From Macrostomum lignano (Eukaryota), in contig NIVC01000293.1 of NCBI GenBank assembly GCA_002269645.1, positions 310,001-374,000 of the forward strand: 64,000 nt of DNA. The letters are read 5' to 3'. The position numbers and the translations under genes were made by a program. The number at the start of each line of letters is the position of its first letter. The stretch's first letter is position 1. The notes under the pieces were generated by a model. It was not told the origin of the DNA, made no database searches, and worked only from the letters and a program-made list of their open reading frames with translations. Shown here one piece after another: positions 1-11,899 of this stretch.

Positions 1-27
1 TATCCATAATCACAATTACTCGAAAAG

Positions 28-789
28 GTTGGCGAAGGACGACTCCCGGAGGACGACCAAGGCAACGTTGAGCTCCCAGCACAGATCTGCATGCCGGCAG
101 GGGCGCAGACAAGAGACCTGATTCAGCACGTCTTCCCTACATTCGAGGAATCCGACGAGCGCAACAGGCTGTTCGAGTCAAGAGCCATCCTCGCCCCGCA
201 CAACCGAACCGTCGATGAAATCAACGCTGCCTGCCTGGAGCTCTTCCCTGGCGAAGGGGTCGAGTACCGGTCGTTCGACTCCATCCCGAATGATGAAGAT
301 GCGGCTACCCAGTTTCCCGTGGAGTCTCTCAACAGCCTGGATCCTCCTGGACTGCCGCAACATCTGCTTCGACTCAAGGTGGGTATGCCGGTGATGCTGC
401 TGCGGAATCTGCACCCGCCTCGCCTGTGCAACGGCAGCCGACTGATCGTGACCAAACTGGAGCCCAATGTACTGGTCGCGAGGATTGCAACTGGAGCGTA
501 CAAAGGTGAACAGGTGTTTTTGCCACGCATTCCATTGGAGCCAAGTACGGCTGACTTACCGATTGTATTTCGACGGCTCCAGTTTCCTGTTCGTCCTTGT
601 TTTGCTATCACGGTCCACAAGAGCCAAGGCCAGACTCTGGACTTTTTTGGTGTACATTTGATTCTCTCTTGCTTTCAGCATGGACAATTGTATGTTGCCT
701 TGAGCAGAGCCCGTGATCCCAAAAACATTCGCGTATTGGCTCCTGACAACAAGACTCGGAATGTCGTTCTGAAGCCTGTTCTCTCATAG
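28..789 (+). CDS. Helitron RepHel terminal exon, PIF1-family helicase C-terminus (unit A)
   Basis: Motifs LRLKVGMPVMLLRNL, LCNGSRL, FAITVHKSQGQT and HGQLYVALSRAR. An AG acceptor lies at 26-27. The ORF translation is identical to that of 7482-8180. Confidence 0.92.
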   Translation, partial: VGEGRLPEDDQGNVELPAQICMPAGAQTRDLIQHVFPTFEESDERNRLFESRAILAPHNRTVDEINAACLELFPGEGVEYRSFDSIPNDEDAATQFPVESLNSLDPPGLPQHLLRLKVGMPVMLLRNLHPPRLCNGSRLIVTKLEPNVLVARIATGAYKGEQVFLPRIPLEPSTADLPIVFRRLQFPVRPCFAITVHKSQGQTLDFFGVHLILSCFQHGQLYVALSRARDPKNIRVLAPDNKTRNVVLKPVLS

Positions 790-1205
790 GAATTTCTTGT
801 CGTGCTATACATTAGTTTACATTGATGCGACAAAGACATTATCGATTTTGCATTTCCTGGCATACTAACGGCTTGTATTTGTTAGGAACGCTGTTAAAAA
901 AATTGTTTGCCTCCTTACTGCAATACTGCACTGTTATCCATACACTTATCTGTTCATCGTGTGCAATTTTATTAACTTCTGCAAAGTTTCGTTCACCATC
1001 TGAATGAATGCCTTGATCACCGCATAATGAAAGCCATGCAGGAAAAACATTGCATTATACAGCGTAGCTTATTTTTGCACTAGCGAAATTGATACATACA
1101 CGTAAAAATTTGCTTCATGTAAAAAATGTAATCACCAAATTTCTAACAAAGCTAAATATATACGCTTTTCTGGTATTTGTCGTAAAATAGTATATATATA
1201 TAATA

Positions 1206-1512
1206 CTAGCGGTACCCCCACCCTTCGGGTGTTCCCATCCATCTAAATTCCATCAGGCCAAATTCACACACATTGCAACTCCTTGCCATGGACGTTGAAA
1301 TCAGCAAAAAAAATTTCATTTTGCTGATGTCAATTAAATCAAGACCTACGTTGTTCAACTTTCTAGAAAGATTTATTATCTCTATCGTTATTGTACCCAA
1401 TTTTCCTATTGGTTACAATGCAGGGGATTCATCCATCCCCTCTCCTACTCATCCATCCCCTCTCCCATCCATCCATCCATCCTCCTCCCACTCTCACCCA
1501 TCCCATCTCCCT
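1206..1512 (-). repeat. Inverted copy of the Helitron 3' terminus (unit A, left arm); partner arm about 3694-3893 is truncated
   Basis: CTAGCGGTACCCCCACCCTTCGGGTG... is the reverse complement of hairpin CACCCGAAGGGTG + GGGGTACCG + CTAG. Confidence 0.85.
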
Positions 1513-2115
1513 CTATCTCACATTTATCCCACTGTCATATGGATAATGTAAGTTTACCAAATGGTCACTTCATTGGCGCTTTCCATATATTTTTTTCATT
1601 TTGCCATCCGTCCATGCATCGAAATTGGCATGTAAAACTGCGCACAGTTAAATTCTGTGGGAAAATTCGTCAATGGGATGTTATATCCGTTCGCATATAC
1701 TATTCCATGCACACAGAGTCATTTCATACAAATATGTCAGGAAAGAATAACAAACACGAGAAGTATTACTTAACGCAGCAATTAAACAGCATAGCAGGCT
1801 ATCCTCGCCTCGATAAAGAAGCACAACAGATCTGAGTCCGTATCCTAATACCGTAGGTGAATTTGTTTTTTTTGTCACTGTCATTGTCGTAAAAAAATAG
1901 TAGTGGTGTAATAAGTGATCCGCTGCAAGATGTATCATTGCGTGTATAACAAACTATACTATAGTATGTATTAATTAACTACAATTTTGGGAAACTTACT
2001 ATGCCATCAGTCAATAAAGTAGCTTCCTCGGGATGGGATCTACCATGCACGAGACTCATACAAGTGGTTCAGTAGCATTTTTTTGCATTCTGTTTTACGC
2101 AGTGTGGCAACACCT

Positions 2116-2667
2116 CTAACTGTCCATTGAAGACCTTCCCGCAGAGCCGGACTCGTCCAGAGACATCACGGAGGTTTGGCTTGCATTCGCGATCTGTTCT
2201 TGCACCTCTGTTCCGTCCAGTGGCTCGGCTGTTGACGTCTCAGTTGATGCAGCCGGGTCCGCATCCTCGCTATGTCGGGCTCGCTTGCGGGGAGAGGACT
2301 CATCCTCAGGGCAGCTCTCTTCAAGCTGCCGTCCAAGCACGGACTCCAGGTGGTCGCGTTCGTCACGCACGGTTGCCAGCTCCTTCCGCACAGTCGCAAG
2401 CTCGTCTCGCTCAGCTTGTACGATGGTGAGCTCGTCCCGCAGTTCAGAAACCGTTCTTCGTAGCTGCGCGATTTCGCATTGCTGCTGTGCAACCAGCTCA
2501 GCCAGGGCAGATTTCCTGTCGGATTCTTGTTGGGCTATCGTCTCCTGATGACGGACGATGTTCGAAGCTTTCTCCATGAAGGTCTTCATGTGTTGTTCCA
2601 TTCCTCGTCGTTGCTTCTCAAACATCTCGGGGTAGCTATCCGGCCTATTTGTCGGTTGCTGAGACAT
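2116..2667 (-). CDS. 183-aa coiled-coil protein of unknown function (Helitron cargo, unit A)
   Basis: Open GC-rich ORF with heptad-like ELATVRKELATVRDERDHLE and NLS-like PRKRARH. The translation is identical in unit B. Confidence 0.55.
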   Translation of the reverse strand: MSQQPTNRPDSYPEMFEKQRRGMEQHMKTFMEKASNIVRHQETIAQQESDRKSALAELVAQQQCEIAQLRRTVSELRDELTIVQAERDELATVRKELATVRDERDHLESVLGRQLEESCPEDESSPRKRARHSEDADPAASTETSTAEPLDGTEVQEQIANASQTSVMSLDESGSAGRSSMDS

Positions 2668-3059
2668 TGGGATTGTCTTAGTCCAAATTATACGTGAAAA
2701 AAATCAAAATTAGGCGAATGACAGAGACAGTCACATTCCTGAATCCTGTGATCGTTGAGGCAGTAGCCTCTTTCCCTCACTCTAATATATAGCTAACCCT
2801 CAGACCTTCAGTCCAGAGAGACAGGAGACAATCAGAGTAGAGGTATGAAATGCCAGGACTTACGGGAAATGAGATTTTAATTGAGTATTGCGCCACACTT
2901 CTCTTCGCCTCTCTCTGTTGCTATTCTTGCTAGGGTGAGTGAATTTTGTGCGGCGTCGCTGTTGAGTGCTGACGCAATACAATCACTGTATAGTAGTCTA
3001 CTACCCCGCACAACGTAGTGGGAGAGAAGAACAGACAGTGTGAGTGACTGTCATAAAAA

Positions 3060-3090
<31 letters not shown>

Positions 3091-3313
3091 ATAATTGAAT
3101 AGTCTCTTACCACTGTGTGCACTGCGAGCCGCCGACCTGCACCGTCGCAGCCGCAGCCGCAACCGCAACCGCAGCCGTAGTCGCAGCCACGGCAGTAGCG
3201 GTGGTTCCGTTCAGACGGATAACTACTTCGATTGTTAATGGAAAGAGAGAGACGGAGAGAGACACGGACAGAGAGAGACGGATAGAGAGAGAGAGTGAAA
3301 GAGAGAGAGAGAG

Positions 3314-3353
<40 letters not shown>

Positions 3354-3375
3354 GGAGAGAGAGAGAATGAGAGAG
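3060..3375. repeat. (GT)n, GCCGCA-type and (GA)n microsatellite cluster inside Helitron unit A
   Basis: Seen directly. The counterpart at 10453-10780 differs in repeat number. Confidence 0.9.
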
Positions 3376-3892
3376 AATGGGAGAATGAGAATTGAAAAAT
3401 ACACAAATGAGAGAATTGGAAAAATATTTTATTTCGTTCTTATTTCTTCACGCATTTTCAGCTGCGTGCTGAAATTCTAAGAGAGAAGACGCACAGAAGG
3501 ACAACCGAGACAAGAAGTCGTGGAGAAAAGAGGGAGAGAAGATAATAGAGGCACTGAGAGTTGTTTTTTCCTGTTACACCTGCAATTACGGGCAACTGAC
3601 GCGATGGCCAATGAAAATTGCATTGATAAGGGAGAGACGGGATGGCTGAGAGGGGGATAAGAGGGAGAGGGGATGAATGAAACGGTGGGATAAAGAGGGA
3701 GATGGGATGGGTGAGAGTGGGAGGAGGATGGATGGATGGATGGGAGAGGGGATGGATGAGTAGGAGAGGGGATGGATGAGTCCCCTGCATTGTAACCAAT
3801 AGGAAAATTGGGTACAATAACGATAGAGATAATAAATCTTTCTAGAAAGTTGAACAACGTAGGTCTTGATTTAATTGACATCAGCAAAATGA

Positions 3893-6800
3893 ATCAGACG
3901 TTTCAATCTGCCGACTGTCAGCGAGGTGGCAGTGCTGGTTCCTGATGGAGATGAAGACACCGACGGAATTTCAACGACGAAGCGAGACGTTCTCCTGCAT
4001 CTGAGAGGCGGTGGCCTTCAGCGCATTGACGAGACCAACCGGTGCTACGACGCTCTAGAGTATGTCTTGTTTCATCCTCGAGGTGAGGACGGATGGCATC
4101 TGGGCATGACGATGACGAATGGTCGGAAGCTGACTCCCAAGGCCATGTATCAATACCTATTGATGGTGCGACCAGGGGTGTTCAATCCACTTCACTATGG
4201 TCGACGACTGCTGCAGCAGTACATTGTGGATCAAGCGGCCAAGATAGAGACGGAGCGACTCAACTACCAGAGAACTCATCAGGCGGATCTGCGCTCGGAG
4301 ACTTACAGTGGCTTAAGAGATGCTCTGGTTGCTGTGGACGGCGATGGCAGTCAGGTTGGACAGCGAGTCATTTTGTCGTCGACATTTGTTGGAGGACCTC
4401 GCTACCTTCTTGAACGCCAGCAGGACGCTTTGGCGTATGTACAGCATTTTGGCCGCCCAGATCTGTTTATCACAATGACTGCCAATCCCAACTGGGACGA
4501 GATTGTACAGGAGTTGCTACCAGGTCAAAATGCTTCTGATCGGCCAGACCTGACAATGAGAGTATTCGATTTGAAGCGGAAAGCTCTGCTTCAGAGAATC
4601 AGGACCGTCTTTGGCCTGCAGGTGGCACATGTTTGCAGTCTGGAATATCAGAAGAGAGGTAAGTACTCGTAATTTTTTCCCGGTATTCAGGTGGTACTAT
4701 TGAAGCATATTATTTCTCGAGCTGCAACATGCTCACGACACATAAAAACCATGTTTCTTCAATTCAGGGCTTCCACACGTTCATCTGCTTCTCTGGCTGG
4801 CAACTCGGGACAGAGTGACACCTGATCGATACGACGAGATCGTCTCCGCAGAGATCCCTAGCGCCGAGACGAAGCCGGAACTACACAAGCTGGTGATCAC
4901 CCACATGCTACACGGACCCTGTGGCAAGACGAACCCGTCCTGCCCGTGCATGGATAAGGGCAAGTGCACTAAAGGATTTCCAAAGGATTTCCAGATCGCC
5001 ACAGTGGTAAACGATTCGGGCTACCCATACTACCGTCGACGAGCGCCTTCAATGGGTGGCCACGTGGGAAAGAAATTGTTTCGAGGGAAGGAGATGACAC
5101 TGAACAATGGGTAAGTGTATTGCTCAGCCATTGTTTTTCGCTATTTTACTGAACAGCATCTCATTTTAGAACCCTATGTACTAACAGCATCTCGTTTTGG
5201 GACTTATTTTTTATCCTTATTTTCGTGCAAAGTAATCGACTTGTAACCATGTATAGGCTTCTTAAATATAATATCCTCAGCGTCAGAAAGAAGTAATACT
5301 TCAGGACATAAATGCCTCGCAGATGTTTTTTTACTTAAATTGATATTTGTTTTTTCCTAGGATTTGTAAGCACCAAACTTATTTTAATTACTTTGGTGCT
5401 TCCTCCCCCAAACAAATTCTTGTCCTCCCTTAGATTCGTGGTCCCATACTCGCCGAAGCTGCTTGCGGAGTTCCGGTGTCATCTCAACGTGGAGGTCTGC
5501 GCCACGGTGAAAGCGATTAAGTACGTAGTTAAGTACTTAAACAAAGGATCCGACATGGCGGTTTGCCAGCTGAGCCGAGAGCTTCGGAACCGAGACGAGA
5601 TCAGCGCCTACCTGCTAGCTCGCTACCTGGGACCACACGAAGGCGCGCAGATAATCTTTGGCCTGGACGTTCACAGCCGGTCACCACCGGTTGTGCCTCT
5701 GAGTGTGCATCTGCCAGGCAAGGTCAAGGTCTACTTCACGGAGCAGACGGCAGCGCAGAGAGCAGTGCAGCCACCCCGCAGCACCTTGACGGCCTTCTTT
5801 GAACTGTGCCGGACCGACAGCTTCGCTCGGCAACTGCTATACGGAGAGCTCCCTCGCTACTTTGTATGGCATGTGGACAAAAAGGAATGGCAGCGGGCCA
5901 AGCGAGGTGCACAAGTGGAAGGCCATCCGGACGTTCGACAGCGTGACGCCATCGGCAGAATCTACACCGTCAGTCCGCGTGCTGGTGACGTCTTTTATCT
6001 TCGCCTGGCCCTCCTGCGCGTTCGAGGCCCAGTCGGCTACGAGGCCCTGCGCACAGTCAACGGAGTTTTGCAGCCAAGCTTCAAGGAAGCCTGCAGAGTC
6101 CTGGGCTTTCTGGAGGACGACAAACACTGGCAGTTGTGCATGGAGGAGGCGGCCGAAACTCGGATGCCGACTGCACTTCGCTGTCTGTTCTGCGTCATCC
6201 TCTTCTTCGGTGACGCCAGTGATATTCCCAGCCTGTGGGATCGATTTCGTGCTGCCATGGGCGAGGACTTCGTTCATCAAGGATTGGACGAGGAGACGGC
6301 AAGCAACCGAGTCCTGCAAGAGCTGGCGGTGCGGCTGGAAGCCATGGGCGGTGGCCGACTGCCTGACTTCGGCATACCGGAACCGAGACAGCAGACAGCA
6401 GAGGATGCGCCCGAATATGACAGTCAGCAGTTGCACAACTTTGTCGAAGAACGCGAGCTGCTGCTGACTGAGGAACAGAGGACAGTCTACAATGTTGTTC
6501 GAGAGAGTCTGCAAGGTGGGCGTGGTGGACTTCATTTCATTGATGCAGCTGGTGGCACCGGAAAAAGTTTTCTGCTCGAACTTCTCCTGGCGTGGGTGAG
6601 ATCACGTGGTGAAGTAGCCAGCACCGGAATTGCGGCCACTCTTCTACCTGGAGGGCAGACTGCGCACTCAGCATTCAAGATTCCCGTGTCACCAGTGCGC
6701 CGGGACAACGCCTTCTGTTCGATCGGCAAGCAGAGCAACCTTGCGGAGAGATTAAGAAGAACCCGACTGATTGTGTGGGATGAGGCTGCCATGATGCACC

Positions 6801-8180
6801 GGAAGGACCTGGAGACCGTTGAGCGTAGCCTCAGAGACACAGTGGTAGATCAGCCTTTCGGCGGTCTCGTAGTTGTGTTGGCTGGGGACTTTCGCCAGCT
6901 TCTCGCCGTCATCAAAGGTGGAACTGCGGCCAATATGGTGGACGCATGCATTAATCACAGTGCATTATGGTCAGGGTTCGTGAAGCACCGGCTGACTCGA
7001 AACCTTCGGCTTCAGGCAGAGAGCGACTCTGGGGCTGCAAATTACGCGGAATTCCTGCTGCAAGTGAGTACAGTGCTATCCCTTGCTTTAAAAGTAGCAT
7101 TTTTTGGGTAATTTTTTCGCTGGCTCGTATGAGCCTAAAAGTACTGTTTCTTTATGAGCCTAAAAGTACTGTTCCTTTATGAGCCTAAAAGTACTGTTCC
7201 TTTATGAGCCTAAAATTATGAGCCTAAAAGTACTGTTCCTTTATGAGCCTAAAAGTTTATTTTATGAGCCTAGAAATACTGTTTCTTCGTGTCTAAGTTT
7301 GCATTGGTATTCTTTATATTGTGTTCATCCTTTCATCCTGTATTTATACACGTGTAGTAACTTTTTCCTTTATTATTATTGCATATTCCATTATCCATAA
7401 TCACAATTACTCGAAAAGGTTGGCGAAGGACGACTCCCGGAGGACGACCAAGGCAACGTTGAGCTCCCAGCACAGATCTGCATGCCGGCAGGGGCGCAGA
7501 CAAGAGACCTGATTCAGCACGTCTTCCCTACATTCGAGGAATCCGACGAGCGCAACAGGCTGTTCGAGTCAAGAGCCATCCTCGCCCCGCACAACCGAAC
7601 CGTCGATGAAATCAACGCTGCCTGCCTGGAGCTCTTCCCTGGCGAAGGGGTCGAGTACCGGTCGTTCGACTCCATCCCGAATGATGAAGATGCGGCTACC
7701 CAGTTTCCCGTGGAGTCTCTCAACAGCCTGGATCCTCCTGGACTGCCGCAACATCTGCTTCGACTCAAGGTGGGTATGCCGGTGATGCTGCTGCGGAATC
7801 TGCACCCGCCTCGCCTGTGCAACGGCAGCCGACTGATCGTGACCAAACTGGAGCCCAATGTACTGGTCGCGAGGATTGCAACTGGAGCGTACAAAGGTGA
7901 ACAGGTGTTTTTGCCACGCATTCCATTGGAGCCAAGTACGGCTGACTTACCGATTGTATTTCGACGGCTCCAGTTTCCTGTTCGTCCTTGTTTTGCTATC
8001 ACGGTCCACAAGAGCCAAGGCCAGACTCTGGACTTTTTTGGTGTACATTTGATTCTCTCTTGCTTTCAGCATGGACAATTGTATGTTGCCTTGAGCAGAG
8101 CCCGTGATCCCAAAAACATTCGCGTATTGGCTCCTGACAACAAGACTCGGAATGTCGTTCTGAAGCCTGTTCTCTCATAG
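3893..8180 (+). CDS. Helitron RepHel (HUH Rep + PIF1 helicase), 4 exons: 3893-4658, 4768-5110, 5434-7063, 7419-8180; N-terminus missing
   Basis: The GT-AG introns restore EYQKRG|LPHVHLLLWL (HUH motif), NNG|FVVPYSP and FLLQ|VGEG. Other motifs are RPDLFITMT, YVVKY, DAAGGTGKS, LIVWDEAAM, LAGDFRQL and HGQLYVALSR. Exon phases sum to a continuous frame of about 1166 codons. Confidence 0.93.
7128..7287. repeat. 25-bp minisatellite (TATGAGCCTAAAAGTACTGTTCCTT) in RepHel intron 3
   Basis: About 7 full or partial copies seen directly. Confidence 0.9.
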
Positions 8181-8596
8181 GAATTTCTTGTCGTGCTATA
8201 CATTAGTTTACATTGATGCGACAAAGACATTATCGATTTTGCATTTCCTGGCATACTAACGGCTTGTATTTGTTAGGAACGCTGTTAAAAAAATTGTTTG
8301 CCTCCTTACTGCAATACTGCACTGTTATCCATACACTTATCTGTTCATCGTGTGCAATTTTATTAACTTCTGCAAAGTTTCGTTCACCATCTGAATGAAT
8401 GCCTTGATCACCGCATAATGAAAGCCATGCAGGAAAAACATTGCATTATACAGCGTAGCTTATTTTTGCACTAGCGAAATTGATACATACACATGTAAAA
8501 ATTTGCTTCATGTAAAAAATGTAATCACCAAATTTCTAACAAAGCTAAATATATACGCTTTTCTGGTATTTGTCGTAAAATAGTATATATATAATA

Positions 8597-8905
8597 CTAG
8601 CGGTACCCCCACCCTTCGGGTGTTCCCATCCATCTAAATTCCATCAGGCCAAATTCACACACATTGCAACTCCTTGCCATGGACGTTGAAATCAGCAAAA
8701 AAAATTTCATTTTGCTGATGTCAATTAAATCAAGACCTACGTTGTTCAACTTTCTAGAAAGATTTATTATCTCTATCGTTATTGTACCCAATTTTCCTAT
8801 TGGTTACAATGCAGGGGATTCATCCATCCCCTCTCCTACTCATCCATCCCCTCTCCCATCCATCCATCCATCCTCCTCCCACTCTCACCCATCCCATCTC
8901 CCTCT
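8597..8905 (-). repeat. Inverted copy of the Helitron 3' terminus (unit B); partner arm about 11097-11405
   Basis: About 310-bp near-perfect inverted repeat including the hairpin and CTAG. Each CTAG is followed by T on its own strand. Confidence 0.9.
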
Positions 8906-9508
8906 CTATCTCACATTTATCCCACTGTCATATGGATAATGTAAGTTTACCAAATGGTCACTTCATTGGCGCTTTCCATATATTTTTTTCATTTTGCCAT
9001 CCGTCCATGCATCGAAATTGGCATGTAAAACTGCGCACAGTTAAATTCTGTGGGAAAATTCGTCAATGGGATGTTATATCCGTTCGCATATACTATTCCA
9101 TGCACACAGAGTCATTTCATACAAATATGTCAGGAAAGAATAACAAACACGAGAAGTATTACTTAACGCAGCAATTAAACAGCATAGCAGGCTATCCTCG
9201 CCTCGATAAAGAAGCACAACAGATCTGAGTCCGTATCCTAATACCGTAGGTGAATTTGTTTTTTTTGTCACTGTCATTGTCGTAAAAAAATAGTAGTGGT
9301 GTAATAAGTGATCCGCTGCAAGATGTATCATTGCGTGTATAACAAACTATACTATAGTATGTATTAATTAACTACAATTTTGGGAAACTTACTATGCCAT
9401 CAGTCAATAAAGTAGCTTCCTCGGGATGGGATCTACCATGCACGAGACTCATACAAGTGGTTCAGTAGCATTTTTTTGCATTCTGTTTTACGCAGTGTGG
9501 CAACACCT

Positions 9509-10060
9509 CTAACTGTCCATTGAAGACCTTCCCGCAGAGCCGGACTCGTCCAGAGACATCACGGAGGTTTGGCTTGCATTCGCGATCTGTTCTTGCACCT
9601 CTGTTCCGTCCAGTGGCTCGGCTGTTGACGTCTCAGTTGATGCAGCCGGGTCCGCATCCTCGCTATGTCGGGCTCGCTTGCGGGGAGAGGACTCATCCTC
9701 AGGGCAGCTCTCTTCAAGCTGCCGTCCAAGCACGGACTCCAGGTGGTCGCGTTCGTCACGCACGGTTGCCAGCTCCTTCCGCACAGTCGCAAGCTCGTCT
9801 CGCTCAGCTTGTACGATGGTGAGCTCGTCCCGCAGTTCAGAAACCGTTCTTCGTAGCTGCGCGATTTCGCATTGCTGCTGTGCAACCAGCTCAGCCAGGG
9901 CAGATTTCCTGTCGGATTCTTGTTGGGCTATCGTCTCCTGATGACGGACGATGTTCGAAGCTTTCTCCATGAAGGTCTTCATGTGTTGTTCCATTCCTCG
10001 TCGTTGCTTCTCAAACATCTCGGGGTAGCTATCCGGCCTATTTGTCGGTTGCTGAGACAT
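9509..10060 (-). CDS. 183-aa coiled-coil protein of unknown function (Helitron cargo, unit B)
   Basis: Same translation as 2116-2667; lies between the inverted termini. Confidence 0.55.
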   Translation of the reverse strand: MSQQPTNRPDSYPEMFEKQRRGMEQHMKTFMEKASNIVRHQETIAQQESDRKSALAELVAQQQCEIAQLRRTVSELRDELTIVQAERDELATVRKELATVRDERDHLESVLGRQLEESCPEDESSPRKRARHSEDADPAASTETSTAEPLDGTEVQEQIANASQTSVMSLDESGSAGRSSMDS

Positions 10061-10451
10061 TGGGATTGTCTTAGTCCAAATTATACGTGAAAAAAATCAA
10101 AATTAGGCGAATGACAGAGACAGTCACATTCCTGAATCCTGTGATCGTTGAGGCAGTAGCCTCTTTCCCTCACTCTAATATATAGCTAACCCTCAGACCT
10201 TCAGTCCAGAGAGACAGGAGACAATCAGAGTAGAGGTATGAAATGCCAGGACTTACGGGAAATGAGATTTTAATTGAGTATTGCGCCACACTTCTCTTCG
10301 CCTCTCTCTGTTGCTATTCTTGCTAGGGTGAGTGAATTTTGTGCGGCGTCGCTGTTGAGTGCTGACGCAATACAATCACTGTATAGTAGTCTACTACCCC
10401 GCACAACGTAGTGGGAGAGAAGAACAGACAGTGTGAGTGACTGTCATAAAA

Positions 10452-10485
<34 letters not shown>

Positions 10486-10708
10486 ATAATTGAATAGTCT
10501 CTTACCACTGTGTGCACTGCGAGCCGCCGACCTGCACCGTCGCAGCCGCAGCCGCAACCGCAACCGCAGCCGTAGTCGCAGCCACGGCAGTAGCGGTGGT
10601 TCCGTTCAGACGGATAACTACTTCGATTGTTAATGGAAAGAGAGAGACGGAGAGAGACACGGACAGAGAGAGACGGATAGAGAGAGAGAGTGAAAGAGAG
10701 AGAGAGAG

Positions 10709-10756
<48 letters not shown>

Positions 10757-11407
10757 GGAGAGAGAGAGAATTAGAGAGAATGGGAGAATGAGAATTGAAA
10801 AATACACAAATGAGAGAATTGGAAAAATATTTTATTTCGTTCTTATTTCTTCACGCATTTTCAGCTGCGTGCTGAAATTCTAAGAGAGAAGACGCACAGA
10901 AGGACAACCGAGACAAGAAGTCGTGGAGAAAAGAGGGAGAGAAGATAATAGAGGCACTGAGAGTTGTTTTTTCCTGTTACACCTGCAATTACGGGCAACT
11001 GACGCGATGGCCAATGAAAATTGCATTGATAAGGGAGAGACGGGATGGCTGAGAGGGGGATAAGAGGGAGAGGGGATGAATGAAACGGTGGGATAAAGAG
11101 GGAGATGGGATGGGTGAGAGTGGGAGGAGGATGGATGGATGGATGGGAGAGGGGATGGATGAGTAGGAGAGGGGATGGATGAGTCCCCTGCATTGTAACC
11201 AATAGGAAAATTGGGTACAATAACGATAGAGATAATAAATCTTTCTAGAAAGTTGAACAACGTAGGTCTTGATTTAATTGACATCAGCAAAATGAAATTT
11301 TTTTTGCTGATTTCAACGTCCATGGCAAGGAGTTGCAATGTGTGTGAATTTGGCCTGATGGAATTTAGATGGATGGGAACACCCGAAGGGTGGGGGTACC
11401 GCTAGTG

Positions 11408-11564
11408 TCTATTCTATAGCCATAAAGAAAAAGAGCCCCCTACTATAGTACACTTACTAATGCCAGGGGCGTGGGGGAAATACATAAGTCATAGCCATAA
11501 AAGTTACGAACAATATATAAACCATCGTCCCACCTTTGAAGACGACAGCGTCTTCATTCACTAG
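11408..11564 (+). mobile_element. 157-bp non-autonomous mini-Helitron
   Basis: 5' TCTATTCTATAG...; 3' hairpin TGAAGACG-ACAG-CGTCTTCA, then TTCA, CTAG and T. The same 3' end recurs at 41891-41933. Confidence 0.7.
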
Positions 11565-11899
11565 TTTTACTAGGTCTCAGTCTTTACAGCTTTTTGTGTG
11601 TGAAATGTTTGCTTGAAACCTTTCAATAGCTTCATATAGCTTGAAACCTTTTTAGACGCTTACAATGAATAAAATGCTTAGTATGATGCAATGTTTGTCA
11701 AAATCAGAATTCAGTCAGTCAGTTTTTTCTCTATAATTCTTACAATGCATTTCTCGTGGAAAGGGCTACTTGACCTTTGCAGAAAAGTTTTTCTTTTTAC
11801 CTTATTATCTTTTAGCATTGACCAATTTCTTAGCCACGATACATGTACCCTCACGGAAAAATGAGTTCTCTTCAGAGCCTTGAAAGTCAGCGAAGTCAA

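Larger units (their letters stand above)
1..3893 (+). mobile_element. Helitron tandem unit A (3' part; left end outside the window, right terminus truncated)
   Basis: Near-identical to 7392-11296 (offset 7391 rising to 7403 through microsatellite indels). It stops at ...GCAAAATGAA (3893), 109 bp short of the CTAG terminus seen in unit B. Confidence 0.9.
3893..11405 (+). mobile_element. Helitron tandem unit B (5'-truncated, intact 3' terminus)
   Basis: RepHel gene followed by a canonical 3' end: hairpin CACCCGAAGGGTG (about 11378-11390), CTAG at 11402-11405, then T. Confidence 0.92.

Noticed and set aside
3051-3480. ORFs over the (GA)n/(GT)n tracts, and the equivalent ORFs at 10323-10883, 47142-47589 and 49514-50236
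   Set aside because: Microsatellite or low-complexity artefacts.
8430-8480. Weak hairpin ATGCA...TGCAT and CTAG as an alternative RepHel 3' end
   Set aside because: The stem is short and AT-rich, and CTAG is followed by C rather than T.
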